From contig CAVQUB010000015.1 of assembly GCA_963716725.1 (NCBI GenBank), positions 128,001 through 192,000 of the forward strand: DNA of 64,000 bases, read 5' to 3'. Both the position numbers and the translations under genes were made by a program. This document shows positions 1 through 9,897 of the stretch, piece after piece (within the stretch, counting starts at the first letter, position 1; the number at the start of each line of letters is the position of its first letter). Below the pieces are notes generated by a model. It saw only the letters and a list, made by a program, of their open reading frames with translations. It was not told where the DNA came from and ran no database searches. The DNA comes from an uncultured delta proteobacterium. GTDB taxonomy: Bacteria > Myxococcota_A > Polyangia > Polyangiales > Polyangiaceae.

Positions 1-635
1 CGGCCGGGCACCGAGTGGCCGAGCGAGCCGAACACCACTACTTCCCGGCGCTCCTGGCCAACGGCGACGATCCGGGGCTCTTGGTATTTCCCACGCACCG
101 CCTCGTGCACTCGCTCCCCGAAGCCGACCTCTCGACGCTGGTGGTGCGGGCCGAGGCGCTGTTCGCGGTCACCCCGGCGAGCGGAGAGATCGACGATCTC
201 GTGGCGGCTCTCGATCGCGCGCCGGACGACGCCATGTGCGTGGTGGCGCCCGATGGTCGCGCCGTGCTGCTGGTCGCGCGAAACGACGTCGATCTCGAGG
301 CCCATCCGGTGCTCGGGAAGCGCCCCGGGTTGTTGCGTCAGACCGCGGTCACTCTCCTGCACGACGGTGTGTTCGAGCACCTGCTCGGCATCACTCCGGA
401 AGCTCAAGCGGCGAAGACCAACCTCCGCTATCTGCAAGACGCCCGCGCCGGCGTCCGGGCCCTGGGATCGGGGGAAGCTCAGCTCCTGTTCTTGATGAAG
501 GCCACCCCGGTGAGCGTGGTCCGCGCCGTCGCGGAGGCGGGGGAAGTGATGCCCCAGAAGTCGACCTTCTTTCATCCCAAGGTCCCGACTGGCCTGTTCT
601 TTCACACCCTCGATCCGACGCGCAGCGTGAGCTGA
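1..635 (+). CDS. DUF1015 family protein, 5'-truncated by window edge
   Basis: C-terminal MPQKSTFFHPKVPTGL and PTHRLV motifs; typical position next to serC. Confidence 0.85.
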   Translation, partial: AGHRVAERAEHHYFPALLANGDDPGLLVFPTHRLVHSLPEADLSTLVVRAEALFAVTPASGEIDDLVAALDRAPDDAMCVVAPDGRAVLLVARNDVDLEAHPVLGKRPGLLRQTAVTLLHDGVFEHLLGITPEAQAAKTNLRYLQDARAGVRALGSGEAQLLFLMKATPVSVVRAVAEAGEVMPQKSTFFHPKVPTGLFFHTLDPTRSVS

Positions 636-736
636 CGCGTCCTTGACGCGGCGCAGCACTGGGGGTACGCAGCCCTCGCGCGAGCGTCGCGCGCCCGAGC
701 CGTATCGGGCCCGACCGCTTGCAGGTGGAGCTGACC

Positions 737-1819
737 ATGCGAGCCATGAACTTCAACGCCGGACCCGCGGCGCTTCCCCTCTCGGCCCTCGAACGCGCAG
801 CCGGCGAGCTGCTCGACGTCGACTCGACGGGCATGAGCATCATGGAGCACAGCCATCGTGGCAAGGCCTACGAGGCCGTTCACAATCAAGCCATCGCGCT
901 GGTTCGCGAGCTGCTCGGAGTTCCAGAGAGCTACGACGTGCTGCTTCTGCAGGGCGGAGCCAGCCAGCAATTTGCCGTCGTGCCGATGAACCTGCTCGAA
1001 GCGGGCCGGAGCGCCGATTACGTCCTGACCGGTGCCTGGTCGCAGAAGGCCTACAAGGAGGCCAAGGTCCTCGGCAAGGCGCGGGTTGCGTGCTCGACCG
1101 AAGCCGACAAGAAGTTCACTCGTGTCCCGAAGCAGAGCGAGATCGAGCTCGACGCCGAGGCCGCGTACGTGCACGTCACCAGCAACAACACCATCTTCGG
1201 GACGCAGTTCCACGCATTCCCCGACACCGGCAAGGTCCCGCTGATTGCCGACATGTCGAGCGACATCATGTGGAAGCCCATCGACGTGTCGAAGTTCGGC
1301 CTGATCTACGCGGGCGCACAGAAGAACCTGGGGCCATCGGGCGTCACTCTGGTGATCGTCGACAAGGCCCTGACCGCCGGCGCCCGCAAAGACATCCCGA
1401 CAATTTTCCAGTACAGAACCCACGCCGACAACAACTCGCTCTACAACACGCCGCCGACCTTCGGCGTGTATCTGCTGCGCAACGTCCTCGACGCGCTGAA
1501 GCAAGCCGGCGGGTTGGCGGCCATCGAGCGGCACAACCGCGACAAGGCTGCGCTGCTCTACTCAGCCATCGACGCGCGTCCGGACTTCTTCCGCTGCCCT
1601 GTCGACACAGACAGCCGGTCCACCATGAACGTGGTGTTCAACCTGCCCAGCGAGGCCCTCGAGGCCGAGTTTTTGGCCGAAGCGAGCCGTCGCAAGATGG
1701 TCGGCCTCAAAGGACACCGCTCTGTGGGCGGCGTTCGCGCGAGCATCTACAACGCCTGCAGCAAGGAGTGGGTGCAGGCGTTGGTCGACTTGATGACCGA
1801 GTTCCACAAGGGCGAGTGA
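737..1819 (+). CDS. serC: Phosphoserine aminotransferase
   Basis: [58 protein letters not shown] upstream of ATG 737. Confidence 0.97.
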   Translation: MRAMNFNAGPAALPLSALERAAGELLDVDSTGMSIMEHSHRGKAYEAVHNQAIALVRELLGVPESYDVLLLQGGASQQFAVVPMNLLEAGRSADYVLTGAWSQKAYKEAKVLGKARVACSTEADKKFTRVPKQSEIELDAEAAYVHVTSNNTIFGTQFHAFPDTGKVPLIADMSSDIMWKPIDVSKFGLIYAGAQKNLGPSGVTLVIVDKALTAGARKDIPTIFQYRTHADNNSLYNTPPTFGVYLLRNVLDALKQAGGLAAIERHNRDKAALLYSAIDARPDFFRCPVDTDSRSTMNVVFNLPSEALEAEFLAEASRRKMVGLKGHRSVGGVRASIYNACSKEWVQALVDLMTEFHKGE

Positions 1820-1820
1820 G

Positions 1821-2534
1821 TCACAGCCGCGGCGGGGTAAATCTCGCCGCGATGGTCTTGCCCTTGGCGTCTCGAACGCGGGTTCCACCGGCGCTCAAGA
1901 AGGGCAGCGATCCAAGCACCAGCACAGCGCCCACCGCCAGGGTGATCAAGCCCGCGGTGCGCAGCGCCGCCTGGTCTTCGACCCTGCCGTAGCCCCAGAG
2001 CCCCATGCCCAACAGGGCGACCGGGATACCCCCGGCGAAGCCTGCGGTGCCGATGGCCTTGGAGCGAGCGCTGCCACCGACCACTTTCAGGTTCGCGGTG
2101 CCACGGCCCGGATCGACGCGAAAGGGATTGGAGGTCGTCATGCCCCGGGCGGCTACGCGGACGTCCATGCCCTCGACGCGCAGCACGCGATCGCAGGGTG
2201 CTCGGCACGCCACGGACCACTCGCCGTCGTCGACGTAGCTCCGCAATTCGACCACTGCGTCAGGATAGTCCGCGTGCAAGTGAACGAAGGCTTCATGGAG
2301 CGTATCGATCTTGGAGGCGTCGGGCGCTGCGGGCTGCGCCGCGCCCGCGTCGGCGGGCACCGTCGCGACGGAGGCGTCCACTGCGGCGGGCGGCGGCGGA
2401 GCGGCTTCGACCTCCGGGGCGGCATCCCCAGCGACCTGCTGGTCCACGCTCCCGTCGGCGGGCTCGCTGGCGCCCAGCATGCTGACGAAGACCATCGAGA
2501 GCGCGATTGCTTCTGCGCGACTTGGACCGAGCAT
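1821..2534 (-). CDS. Hypothetical exported/membrane protein (signal peptide, Pro/Ala linker, two C-terminal TM helices)
   Basis: ORF track; hydrophobicity pattern. Confidence 0.65.
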   Translation of the reverse strand: MLGPSRAEAIALSMVFVSMLGASEPADGSVDQQVAGDAAPEVEAAPPPPAAVDASVATVPADAGAAQPAAPDASKIDTLHEAFVHLHADYPDAVVELRSYVDDGEWSVACRAPCDRVLRVEGMDVRVAARGMTTSNPFRVDPGRGTANLKVVGGSARSKAIGTAGFAGGIPVALLGMGLWGYGRVEDQAALRTAGLITLAVGAVLVLGSLPFLSAGGTRVRDAKGKTIAARFTPPRL

Positions 2535-2615
2535 TTGTGGGCCGCATGGAACCCCAAGGGCAGACCGGACCGCAAGCCCTTGACCTGCACCCCGCCCGAA
2601 GGATACGCGGACGGC

Positions 2616-3044
2616 GTGGAGCCCGTCGTCGATCTAGCCCCGGGTGCGGACCACGTTCCTTTGGCGCTCGAGATCGCCGAGCGGGTGCGGTGCGCGGTGA
2701 AGAAAGAGGCGCTGCGCCGCGACTTCGATCGGATGCGCGGCGCAGTGGGGATCGTGGCGGACCACACCGACACCGCGCTCACTCTCCGCTTCGACTTCGG
2801 CCGCCTCACCATCCACGAAGGACTGATCGGAGTGCCGACCGTGACCATCCGGGGGATCACCCGGGGCCTCGAGGGGCTCTCCGGGTTACCGCCCATGCCC
2901 GTCCGCGGCGTGATCGCCTCGGGCCGGTCCCTCGCGCGGGTGTTCAGCGCGGTTCGCGGCGGGAAGCTCAAGATCTACGGGCTGGCGGCGCACCCGCGTT
3001 TGGTCGTTCGATTGCTGCGGCTGCTGTCGGTCGACGCCGAGTGA
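2616..3044 (+). CDS. SCP2 (sterol/lipid carrier)-like protein
   Basis: TLRFDFGRLTIHEG..PTVTIRG and GKLKIYG pattern; start GTG 2616 inferred. Confidence 0.55.
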   Translation: MEPVVDLAPGADHVPLALEIAERVRCAVKKEALRRDFDRMRGAVGIVADHTDTALTLRFDFGRLTIHEGLIGVPTVTIRGITRGLEGLSGLPPMPVRGVIASGRSLARVFSAVRGGKLKIYGLAAHPRLVVRLLRLLSVDAE

Positions 3045-3120
3045 GGCGGTGTGGGCAAGAGTAGGTCTTTTGACCTTGGCCGCCGAGCTGGCTAACCTGA
3101 CGAAGCTAGGCGGAATTTTC

Positions 3121-3996
3121 GTGGGCCGTTACCGACTCCGATTCTTGCTCCAGGAAATCGACCTGCCCCAAGGCGACACCTTGGTGGGCAGGAGCGCCGC
3201 GTGCCACGTGACCATCGAGGACCCACTGGTGTCGAGGCAGCACGCGCGCTTTCGCATCGAGGGAGCCCGGGCCACCGTCGAAGATTTGGGATCTCGCAAC
3301 GGCCTGATCATCAACGGTCGCAGTGTGGCAGGAATTGCCGAGCTGGCGGACGGCGATCGCGTGCGCATCGGAACCCAAGAGCTCGTGTTCTGCGCTGTCC
3401 GCGCGGCGTCGAAGACTGGCGCGTCGGCCGGAACGCGGCCCACGGGCTTCATGTGTCACTGCGCGGCGTGCGGTCTGCCCTACCCGATGGAATCTCCCCA
3501 GTGCCCCAGCTGCGGCTCCCGGGAGAGAATGGACGAGGACACGATCAGCGGGGTCGTCGGTGAACCGAACCGCAACTGGACCCTGGAGCTGTTGGTCGAG
3601 GTGCTGCTTCGTGCCGCGGCGCTCCACCGCTGGGACGATGTCGATAGGATGCTTCGACGCTCCCAGGCCAACATCCAAGAGCGCGTGAAGAGCGGCCAGC
3701 CCGTTCAGCAGGCGCACCTCGACAGCTTGGCAGAGGCCGCTGCTCGCCTGGCGGAAGAGCGCAAGTCCGCGGAGTGGGGCAACTGGTTGCTCGACGTCTA
3801 CGCGGATCTGGGCATGGTGCCCCACGAAAGCATCTCCGTGCGGCTCTCGACCTTGCCTCCCCAGGCGCGCAAGTCGCTGGCGCCTGCTGCGAACCGCGTG
3901 CTCGAGAGCGTGGTGGCCCGCGGCGGTCCGGCCGAGGAGGACCGCGCCGGGTACCAGCAGGTCGAATCCCTGTCGTTCACGCCACCCGAAGCGTGA
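3121..3996 (+). CDS. FHA-domain protein with central Cys cluster (CHCAAC..CPSC) and helical C-terminal domain
   Basis: VGRS..DPLVSRQHA..DLGSRNG FHA motifs. Confidence 0.88.
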   Translation: MGRYRLRFLLQEIDLPQGDTLVGRSAACHVTIEDPLVSRQHARFRIEGARATVEDLGSRNGLIINGRSVAGIAELADGDRVRIGTQELVFCAVRAASKTGASAGTRPTGFMCHCAACGLPYPMESPQCPSCGSRERMDEDTISGVVGEPNRNWTLELLVEVLLRAAALHRWDDVDRMLRRSQANIQERVKSGQPVQQAHLDSLAEAAARLAEERKSAEWGNWLLDVYADLGMVPHESISVRLSTLPPQARKSLAPAANRVLESVVARGGPAEEDRAGYQQVESLSFTPPEA

Positions 3997-4743
3997 ATGG
4001 CCTACGTTCTTCGGTACGGACAACATCAGATCGCCTTGCGCCCGGGCCGCTTCGTGATCGGCCGCGCCGCCGAGGCGCAGTTGGCGCTCGATGACCCCTT
4101 GGCGTCCCGGCAGCACGCGGCCTTGCTAGTGACCGCGGCCGGCGTGACCGTTCAGGACCTGGGCAGTCGCAACGGGGTGGTGGTCAACGGCGTGCGCATC
4201 TCGGGCAGCGCTGCCCTCGCGCCAGGAGATCGGCTGAAGATTGGGCGCCAAGAGCTGACCCTCGACGCAGATGCGCCCTCTCCTCACTCCGGAGGCCGCG
4301 GCGCGCCCACCGCGCGATTCACGGTGTTTGGCGTGGTGGGCAGCCTCGCGGACAAGGCGCTTGGGTTGGGCCATGCCGAGGAGGCGGAGCGTCTGCTGAG
4401 TGGGCTACTGGGCTCCGTCCTCGCCGCAGCCGAGGCCGGCAAACCCGCGGAGGCCAAGACCAACGAGCAGGCGGCGGCCTACGCCACTCGGCTGGCGATC
4501 GGCACGGAAAAGGCCCAGTGGGTGAACTACGTAGTGAGTCTGTACTTTGCGCTGTCACGGCCGCTTCCGGCCGCCATCATCGATGCGCTCCACGAAGCGC
4601 TGCGGAAGGTGGGCGCCATCGACCTCACGCGGCTTCGGAGCTACGTCGAAGCGCTCCAAGTGGCCGCGCCGAAGCTCGGGGCCAGCGAGCGCTTCCTGGT
4701 GAGCAGAATCGAAGGGCTCGAGCGCGTCGCCGCGGCCCGATGA
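3997..4743 (+). CDS. FHA-domain protein (paralog 2)
   Basis: IGRA..DPLASRQHA..DLGSRNG. Confidence 0.9.
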   Translation: MAYVLRYGQHQIALRPGRFVIGRAAEAQLALDDPLASRQHAALLVTAAGVTVQDLGSRNGVVVNGVRISGSAALAPGDRLKIGRQELTLDADAPSPHSGGRGAPTARFTVFGVVGSLADKALGLGHAEEAERLLSGLLGSVLAAAEAGKPAEAKTNEQAAAYATRLAIGTEKAQWVNYVVSLYFALSRPLPAAIIDALHEALRKVGAIDLTRLRSYVEALQVAAPKLGASERFLVSRIEGLERVAAAR

Positions 4744-4798
4744 GCGGCGAACCCGCTGGAATTGCGTCGCGGGTGCGGTATGGTTTTCGCTCAGCACC

Positions 4799-5680
4799 GT
4801 GAGCGACGGCCGACACACCGACCCGATCTTGAACGGGGTCTCCAGCTTGGAGCGACCGCTTCGCTTCGCATTGCTGTACCGGGGACACCGCTTCGAGCTG
4901 CGACCCGGCACGCTCGTGATGGGTCGTGGCACGGCCTGCCAATTGGTGCTGGACGACGCCTTGGTGTCGCGCAAGCACGCCGAGATTGAGGTCTCCGACC
5001 GCGCCGCGACGCTGGTGGATCTGGGCAGCGTGAACGGTGTCTTCGTCAACGGCGCTCGCATCGACGGTCGGCAGGGACTGAACCACGGCGACAAGCTGTT
5101 GATTGGGCAGCAAGAGATCACCCTGCTCGCCGGCCAGGCTCCCTCGGTTTTGCCCGAGTCGCCCACGGGGCGACTGTCGGCTGAGACCCTGGTGGGCATC
5201 GAGTCTCCGATTGCGCCGGGCGCGAGGCCCGTCGATGAGTCTGAGCCGACGCATCAAGGAGACGCCCTGGCGCTGCTCGGCGGAGTCGTCGACAAAGTCC
5301 TGGCCCTGGGCCGCGGCGACGAGGCGGAGCGCATCATCGGCCCGTATCTGAAGAACTACCTGGCCACGGTGCAGCGGACCCAAGCGACGACCCCCGAAGC
5401 CGCGGACAAGGCGGTGGGCTATGCGATGAAGCTCGCGAGCGCTACGCGGAAGGGCGACTGGGTGGACTACGCTTTCGCGCTCTACATGGTTTGCCAACGA
5501 CCACTTCCCGGCGCCGTCGTCGACCAGCTCTACACCTTGATGCGGCAGGTCTCGAGCGTGAATCTCAGTCTTCTTCGCGAGTACCTGGGGGTGTTGCAGG
5601 CGGTTTCGACCCGCCTCGGTCCGAACGAGCGCTTTCTTGCCCAGCGGATCGAGGGTCTCGAGCGCTTGGCTTCCGCCTGA
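4799..5680 (+). CDS. FHA-domain protein (paralog 3)
   Basis: MGRG..DALVSRKHA..DLGSVNG. Confidence 0.9.
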   Translation: MSDGRHTDPILNGVSSLERPLRFALLYRGHRFELRPGTLVMGRGTACQLVLDDALVSRKHAEIEVSDRAATLVDLGSVNGVFVNGARIDGRQGLNHGDKLLIGQQEITLLAGQAPSVLPESPTGRLSAETLVGIESPIAPGARPVDESEPTHQGDALALLGGVVDKVLALGRGDEAERIIGPYLKNYLATVQRTQATTPEAADKAVGYAMKLASATRKGDWVDYAFALYMVCQRPLPGAVVDQLYTLMRQVSSVNLSLLREYLGVLQAVSTRLGPNERFLAQRIEGLERLASA

Positions 5681-6159
5681 TCGGCGCGGTGGGCTCGCGC
5701 GCTTGGTTGGCCAGCGATTGGGCCATCGCATCGGCGATCACTTCCCGGAGCGCGGGGTCATCGACCTTGGCGAGGCGCTGCTCGGCGTCTTCCGACAGCT
5801 CGATGGGGCTGGGGATCTGCCGCGGGGGCTCGCGCGGCGCCGGCGACTCGACGGTGCCGGCACGGAAGCGGATGGAACGTTACCGAGAACCCCCTCAGCC
5901 TCAGCTTCTTGGCGATGTCTTCCGCCAAAAATGAGAGCTCTTGTGCCCAGACCGGCGAGGTGACCGTCACGCTCAGCACCCCGCCATCGAGGGCACCCGG
6001 CGCCGAACGCTGCGCGATTCGATCGCCGGCGACCTCCCGCCAGGTCTCGCGATCGAGCGCCACGCCGGCGCGTCGCGCGGCGGTTCGGTGCGCCTGGGAC
6101 AAGAGATGGCCGAGCGGTTCGAGCCCTCCGCGGCTACCAGTTGTCGGGCGCCTCGCCAT
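5565..6159 (-). CDS. DciA/DUF721 family protein, frameshifted near 5876
   Basis: W.EVAG..IA..S.P....GVL.V.V.SPVWAQELSF; continues in a shifted frame as SIRFRAG...DDPALREVIA to TGA at 5565. Confidence 0.75.
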
Positions 6160-6225
6160 GAAGTAGCGAAGCTACATGACCTCCTGCACCTCGGCTAGCG
6201 TACCGATCGCCGCTGGTGCGCGCTG

Positions 6226-6531
6226 ATGCTGACGCTTCGGAATGATGCGTTTCCTTCGGAGGCCGTTCGGGACTTGATCGGGATCCTGCGGGCGCTGTAC
6301 GCCGCCGAGCACGTGGCACGGGCTGACTCGCGACGCGTCCGCGAAGTCGCACGGATCGGCCGTGAGTTGGCGGCCGCGGTGGAGCTGGCGACGGCGCATG
6401 CGCCCGGCACGATGGGGCACGCCGCCGCCTGGTCCCGCGCAGAACGGGCGACCGCAGCCCTCGGGGATTTGGTCGACGCCACGACTCCGCTCGCCCCCAC
6501 GCTCGCGGCCGCCGCGCGCCGAGTGCGTTGA
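6226..6531 (+). CDS. Hypothetical all-helical small protein
   Basis: ORF track, amphipathic helices; lies just upstream of the att site. Confidence 0.6.
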   Translation: MLTLRNDAFPSEAVRDLIGILRALYAAEHVARADSRRVREVARIGRELAAAVELATAHAPGTMGHAAAWSRAERATAALGDLVDATTPLAPTLAAAARRVR

Positions 6532-6572
6532 CCCTGGGAAACCGCATCGAGATCGACTATAGACCCGGGTCC

Positions 6573-6614
6573 CTAGCCGAAGTGGCGGAACTGGCAGACG
6601 CGGCGGATTCAAAA
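6573..6614 (+). repeat. Left att copy: CTA plus 5' half of tRNA-Leu up to the anticodon loop
   Basis: ctagccgaagtggcggaactggcagacgcggcggattcaaaa identical to 9894-9935. Confidence 0.95.
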
Positions 6615-6697
6615 ACGGCACTGAGCGCACTGCAAGCGTCACGCCAGAGCCAAAAACAAGCCCTTCCGAAAACGCGGGCGAGCACGGACTTACCTCA

Positions 6698-6771
6698 TGG
6701 CCCACCCAAAACGGGCTGGTGGGCCACGCCCCGCGACATTCCGCCGCGCCGCAGAGCGAGGGTGGGCCACG
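6698..6771. repeat. Putative integrase arm-type sites, left (GGTGGGCCACG x2 plus one inverted copy)
   Basis: Copies at 6718-6728 and 6761-6771; inverted tggcccaccc at 6698-6707. Confidence 0.7.
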
Positions 6772-6949
6772 GGATCTCGACCCGATCGAAGCGAGTCTCG
6801 CTCGTGCGATCGAGAGCGCGACTGCAGCCGGTGAGTGGAGCGTCGTCGTCGACCTGTCGAGGCTACTGGGCGAGCGCCAACGGCTGCGCGTCGCACCCGA
6901 CGTAGCGAGCCTGGACGCGGCGCGTGCGCGCAAGGATGGTGGCAAGTGA
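6719..6949 (+). CDS. 3' part of an att-spanning ORF (helical C-terminus DPIEASLARAIESATAAGEW..)
   Basis: Frame is open upstream through the att core; stop overlaps the next start (GTGA). Confidence 0.55.
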   Translation: MGHAPRHSAAPQSEGGPRDLDPIEASLARAIESATAAGEWSVVVDLSRLLGERQRLRVAPDVASLDAARARKDGGK

Positions 6950-7176
6950 CCCGCCCCGTCATCCTCGAGCTTGACGGGGTGCGGGTCCACATCGGCGCCG
7001 AGCCCGAGCGGTGCGACGGGTGCGAGGCCGAGCGGCCGGCGACGCTGGTCACGCTGGAGCACTGGCATGGCGGCGGCCCGGTGCGGCTCTGCGGCGCTTG
7101 CATGCTCGCCCTGCTACCAGCGTCCGCCCGAGCTGAAACGCCCCCAGCGAGGCGCAAGCGACGCCGGGCCGGGTGA
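6946..7176 (+). CDS. Small CxxC..CxxC zinc-finger-like protein
   Basis: CDGC and CGAC pairs, basic tail; GTGA coupling. Confidence 0.55.
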   Translation: MTRPVILELDGVRVHIGAEPERCDGCEAERPATLVTLEHWHGGGPVRLCGACMLALLPASARAETPPARRKRRRAG

Positions 7177-7274
7177 TCTCGGACCTCGCCCCTTGGCCGT
7201 GACCTCGTGTCGTGGCCGGTGGGCGGGGCTGAGGCACTGACGCCGAAGCCTGCCGCATCGAAAGGACACACCCC

Positions 7275-7553
7275 ATGAACATCACCAAGACCCCCCGGCG
7301 CATCGTGGCCGAGCGTCGCATCTCGCCGCGACAGGTCGACCACTACGCGGGCGGCGACACCGTCCACGCCACGGAGCTGGCCAAGACCCTCACGATCTAC
7401 GTGGTCACCTGGGACAGCGACGGCCCCGACCCGACGCGCCCTGGCGTGGACGTGCGCCAGGGGCAGCTCGCGCACGAACCCGGCCAAGCGTGGGCGAGCC
7501 GCGAGGGCGCCGAGTCGTGGCTCGCTCGCCAGCTCGAGGGCGACGCCGAGTGA
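7275..7553 (+). CDS. Hypothetical phage-like protein
   Basis: AAAGGA RBS upstream, clean ORF. Confidence 0.6.
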   Translation: MNITKTPRRIVAERRISPRQVDHYAGGDTVHATELAKTLTIYVVTWDSDGPDPTRPGVDVRQGQLAHEPGQAWASREGAESWLARQLEGDAE

Positions 7554-7607
7554 ACCCCCGCGCGCGGTGGCCTCACCCTCGCGAGCCCTGGCACGGCTCG
7601 GCGCGCG

Positions 7608-7862
7608 CTACCTGTATGCCTCACGCCGGTGCAAGACCCGCAGGATCGTCAACGTGCCCGACGTCGGATCGACGGCGAAGCGCACGCGGTAGTCACCCAC
7701 ACGCAGCCGGTGCTCTTCCTCGCTTCCTTGAAGCCGCTTCACGTCCCCGGCGCCAGTGTCGGCGTAGCGTTCGATGGAATCGAGCACTCGCGCCCGATCG
7801 GCGCGGTCAACACCATCCCGGTCCTTCTCCGCGCGTCGCGCCCAAACGATTCTCAGGCTCAC
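7608..7862 (-). CDS. RelE/StbE family toxin
   Basis: DVKRLQG...RLRVGDYRV...ILRVLHRREAYR. Confidence 0.9.
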   Translation of the reverse strand: MSLRIVWARRAEKDRDGVDRADRARVLDSIERYADTGAGDVKRLQGSEEEHRLRVGDYRVRFAVDPTSGTLTILRVLHRREAYR

Positions 7863-8059
7863 GGCTTCGCAAGCCAGCTCGCGCGCACCGCAGGGTGGGA
7901 GACGACGCGCCCTTGACGCACGTCTTCCTTCGCTTCCTCGACCGCCGCACGCTCTTCCTCCGTCTCCGGCTCGTCATCGATCGGAGCGTTCCGAAGCGCC
8001 ACGATCGCCGGGTGCTCCCCGGACAGGAGGGGCGCGGCTTTGGGGACGGGAGGGGCCAT
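7859..8059 (-). CDS. Cognate antitoxin
   Basis: Acidic DDEPETEEERAAVEEAKEDVRQGRVVSH; 4-bp overlap with the toxin. Confidence 0.8.
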   Translation of the reverse strand: MAPPVPKAAPLLSGEHPAIVALRNAPIDDEPETEEERAAVEEAKEDVRQGRVVSHPAVRASWLAKP

Positions 8060-8225
8060 GCACCCCAAGTGTAGGAGCCTCGCCCCGGCCGTGTCACTAA
8101 TCAGGCAACAAACCAGCTAAAAGCAGGCGGCCGGCGTGGCGTCAACCACCCGGCCGCGGACAGGGAGTGAAGGTCCCCGTGATCGACAGCGTAGCAGAGA
8201 ATCTCCGAGCAGAGCGCCGAGCCCG

Positions 8226-8519
8226 CTACACGGCCGAGCGCAACGCGGCACCGGGGAAGCGTCGGGCGTACCTGAAAAGCCAGCGGCTCGAGCTGGTGGC
8301 CATGCTCGACCACGCGACGCACACCGCGGACGTGTTGAGCGCGATCAACGGCTCGACGGACATGTCGCCGGCGCGAACCGCGCGAATGAAACGCCGCGGG
8401 CCGAGGGGGCTCGCGTGCTGATCCACCACGTCGGAATCGCCCAGAAGTCGATCCACCACTTTCGCCGCGACAGCAGCGGCGAGCGCATCAATATAGCCGT
8501 CCAGTGCATGCTCGGTCAT
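8226..8519 (-). CDS. Small gene divergent from the integrase (excisionase/RDF candidate), probably truncated near 8360
   Basis: Position typical of xis; overlaps a head-on ORF 8167-8421. Confidence 0.4.
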   Translation of the reverse strand: MTEHALDGYIDALAAAVAAKVVDRLLGDSDVVDQHASPLGPRRFIRAVRAGDMSVEPLIALNTSAVCVAWSSMATSSSRWLFRYARRFPGAALRSAV

Positions 8520-8607
8520 GCACTCGGTTTTGCGCGTCGCCGGCGTCGAGCGCTAGACGGGACATGCGCTTCGTGGTTGCTTTTGCGCGTCGCGAGACGC
8601 GAGGCCA

Positions 8608-9897
8608 GTGTGCGCGCTGGCGTGTCGGCGGCCGCGGGCGTCGTCGCGGCAGTCATCACGCGGTGCCCAGCTCGACGGCGCGCGCGCCCGCAAGGTGGTG
8701 GACATCATGCAACGGGCCGCTGCCCTCATGGCCGACCGTCCGGCAGATGGTCCGCGCGTGCTCAAGGCGATCGGCGAGGCCGGCGAGCTCGAGGAAGCGC
8801 GCGCGTGCCTGGCCGTGGCAGAGAAGGCCACGAAGCGCAAGGCGCCGGAGCCGGTGTCAGCTGCGCCGGTGGCGACGACGTTCCGCCAGGTGGCCGAGCG
8901 TTGGACGTCGGGCGCGTTGGCGCGAGAGTACCCGGACCATGTTCGAGCCAAGCGCACGGCAGACGACGACGATAGCCGGCTCGCTCGCCTGTACCCCGCG
9001 ATCCAAGACGTTCCGATCGCGGACTTCACGATCGATCACGCGGACGCGGCAATGCGCGCCATCCCCGCCGATCTGTCCAGCTCTTCCCGGCGCCACTACG
9101 CTCAGACGATCGCCCGGGTGCTCGGGCTCGCGGTGTTCCCGTTGCGACTGCTCAAGGTGAGCCCGTTGCCGCGCGGTTGGCTGCCGAAGGTGCGAAGCCA
9201 CAAGGCCACCGCGTGGTTGTACCCGGCCGAAGACGCTGCGCTGCTCAGCTGTACCGAGCTGCCGCTGGCTCACCGGGTGCTGTACGGTTTCCTGTCGCGC
9301 GAAGGGCTACGGCTGGGCGAGGCATCGGCGCTTCGCTGGGGTGACATCGACCTGGAACGCGGCGCCGTTCGGCTCGACGCCAACAAGACGGACGACCCGA
9401 GGGCTTGGGCGCTCGACGCTGGCGTCACTCGGGCGCTCGCCATCTACCGCAAGACAAGGGGCAAGCCCGACGCGGCCCAGCTGGTCTTTCACAACTTCGA
9501 CGAAGCGCACCTGGCGCTGCGGTTCCGTGCGCACCTGGCAGCCGCCGGAGTGGAGCGCGGCGAGTTGTTCGAGCGGACCGCCAAGCGCCGGCCCATCCGC
9601 ACCCATGACCTTCGGGCCACGTTCGTCACGCTGTCGCTGGCTGCGGGGAAGACCGAGGCATGGGTGGCCGACCGCACCGGGCACCGTTCGTCGGTCATGA
9701 TCAATCGCTACCGGCGGGCGGCCCGGACCGCCGCGGAGTTGGAACTGGGGGAGCTGACACCGCTGGACAGGGCCATCCCGGAGTTGTACGAGAGCGCCAT
9801 CGAGCCCACCGGAGGGCCCCAAGGTGGGCCACGGGGTGGGCCACGGACACCGGCCGACGGGCCGACGATTCACGAACCAGCACGAAACATGCACTAG
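8608..9897 (+). CDS. Tyrosine recombinase/integrase (start uncertain)
   Basis: Catalytic set R (EGLRLGE), K (NKT), HxxR (THDLR), H (TGHR), Y (INRY). Confidence 0.93.
   Translation: MCALACRRPRASSRQSSRGAQLDGARARKVVDIMQRAAALMADRPADGPRVLKAIGEAGELEEARACLAVAEKATKRKAPEPVSAAPVATTFRQVAERWTSGALAREYPDHVRAKRTADDDDSRLARLYPAIQDVPIADFTIDHADAAMRAIPADLSSSSRRHYAQTIARVLGLAVFPLRLLKVSPLPRGWLPKVRSHKATAWLYPAEDAALLSCTELPLAHRVLYGFLSREGLRLGEASALRWGDIDLERGAVRLDANKTDDPRAWALDAGVTRALAIYRKTRGKPDAAQLVFHNFDEAHLALRFRAHLAAAGVERGELFERTAKRRPIRTHDLRATFVTLSLAAGKTEAWVADRTGHRSSVMINRYRRAARTAAELELGELTPLDRAIPELYESAIEPTGGPQGGPRGGPRTPADGPTIHEPARNMH
9823..9845 (+). repeat. Putative integrase arm-type sites, right (tandem GGTGGGCCACG, 12-bp period)
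   Basis: Copies at 9823-9833 and 9835-9845, inside the int 3' end. Confidence 0.7.

Noticed and set aside
6576..6614. Second tRNA gene
   Set aside because: Stops at the anticodon loop; it is the att fragment
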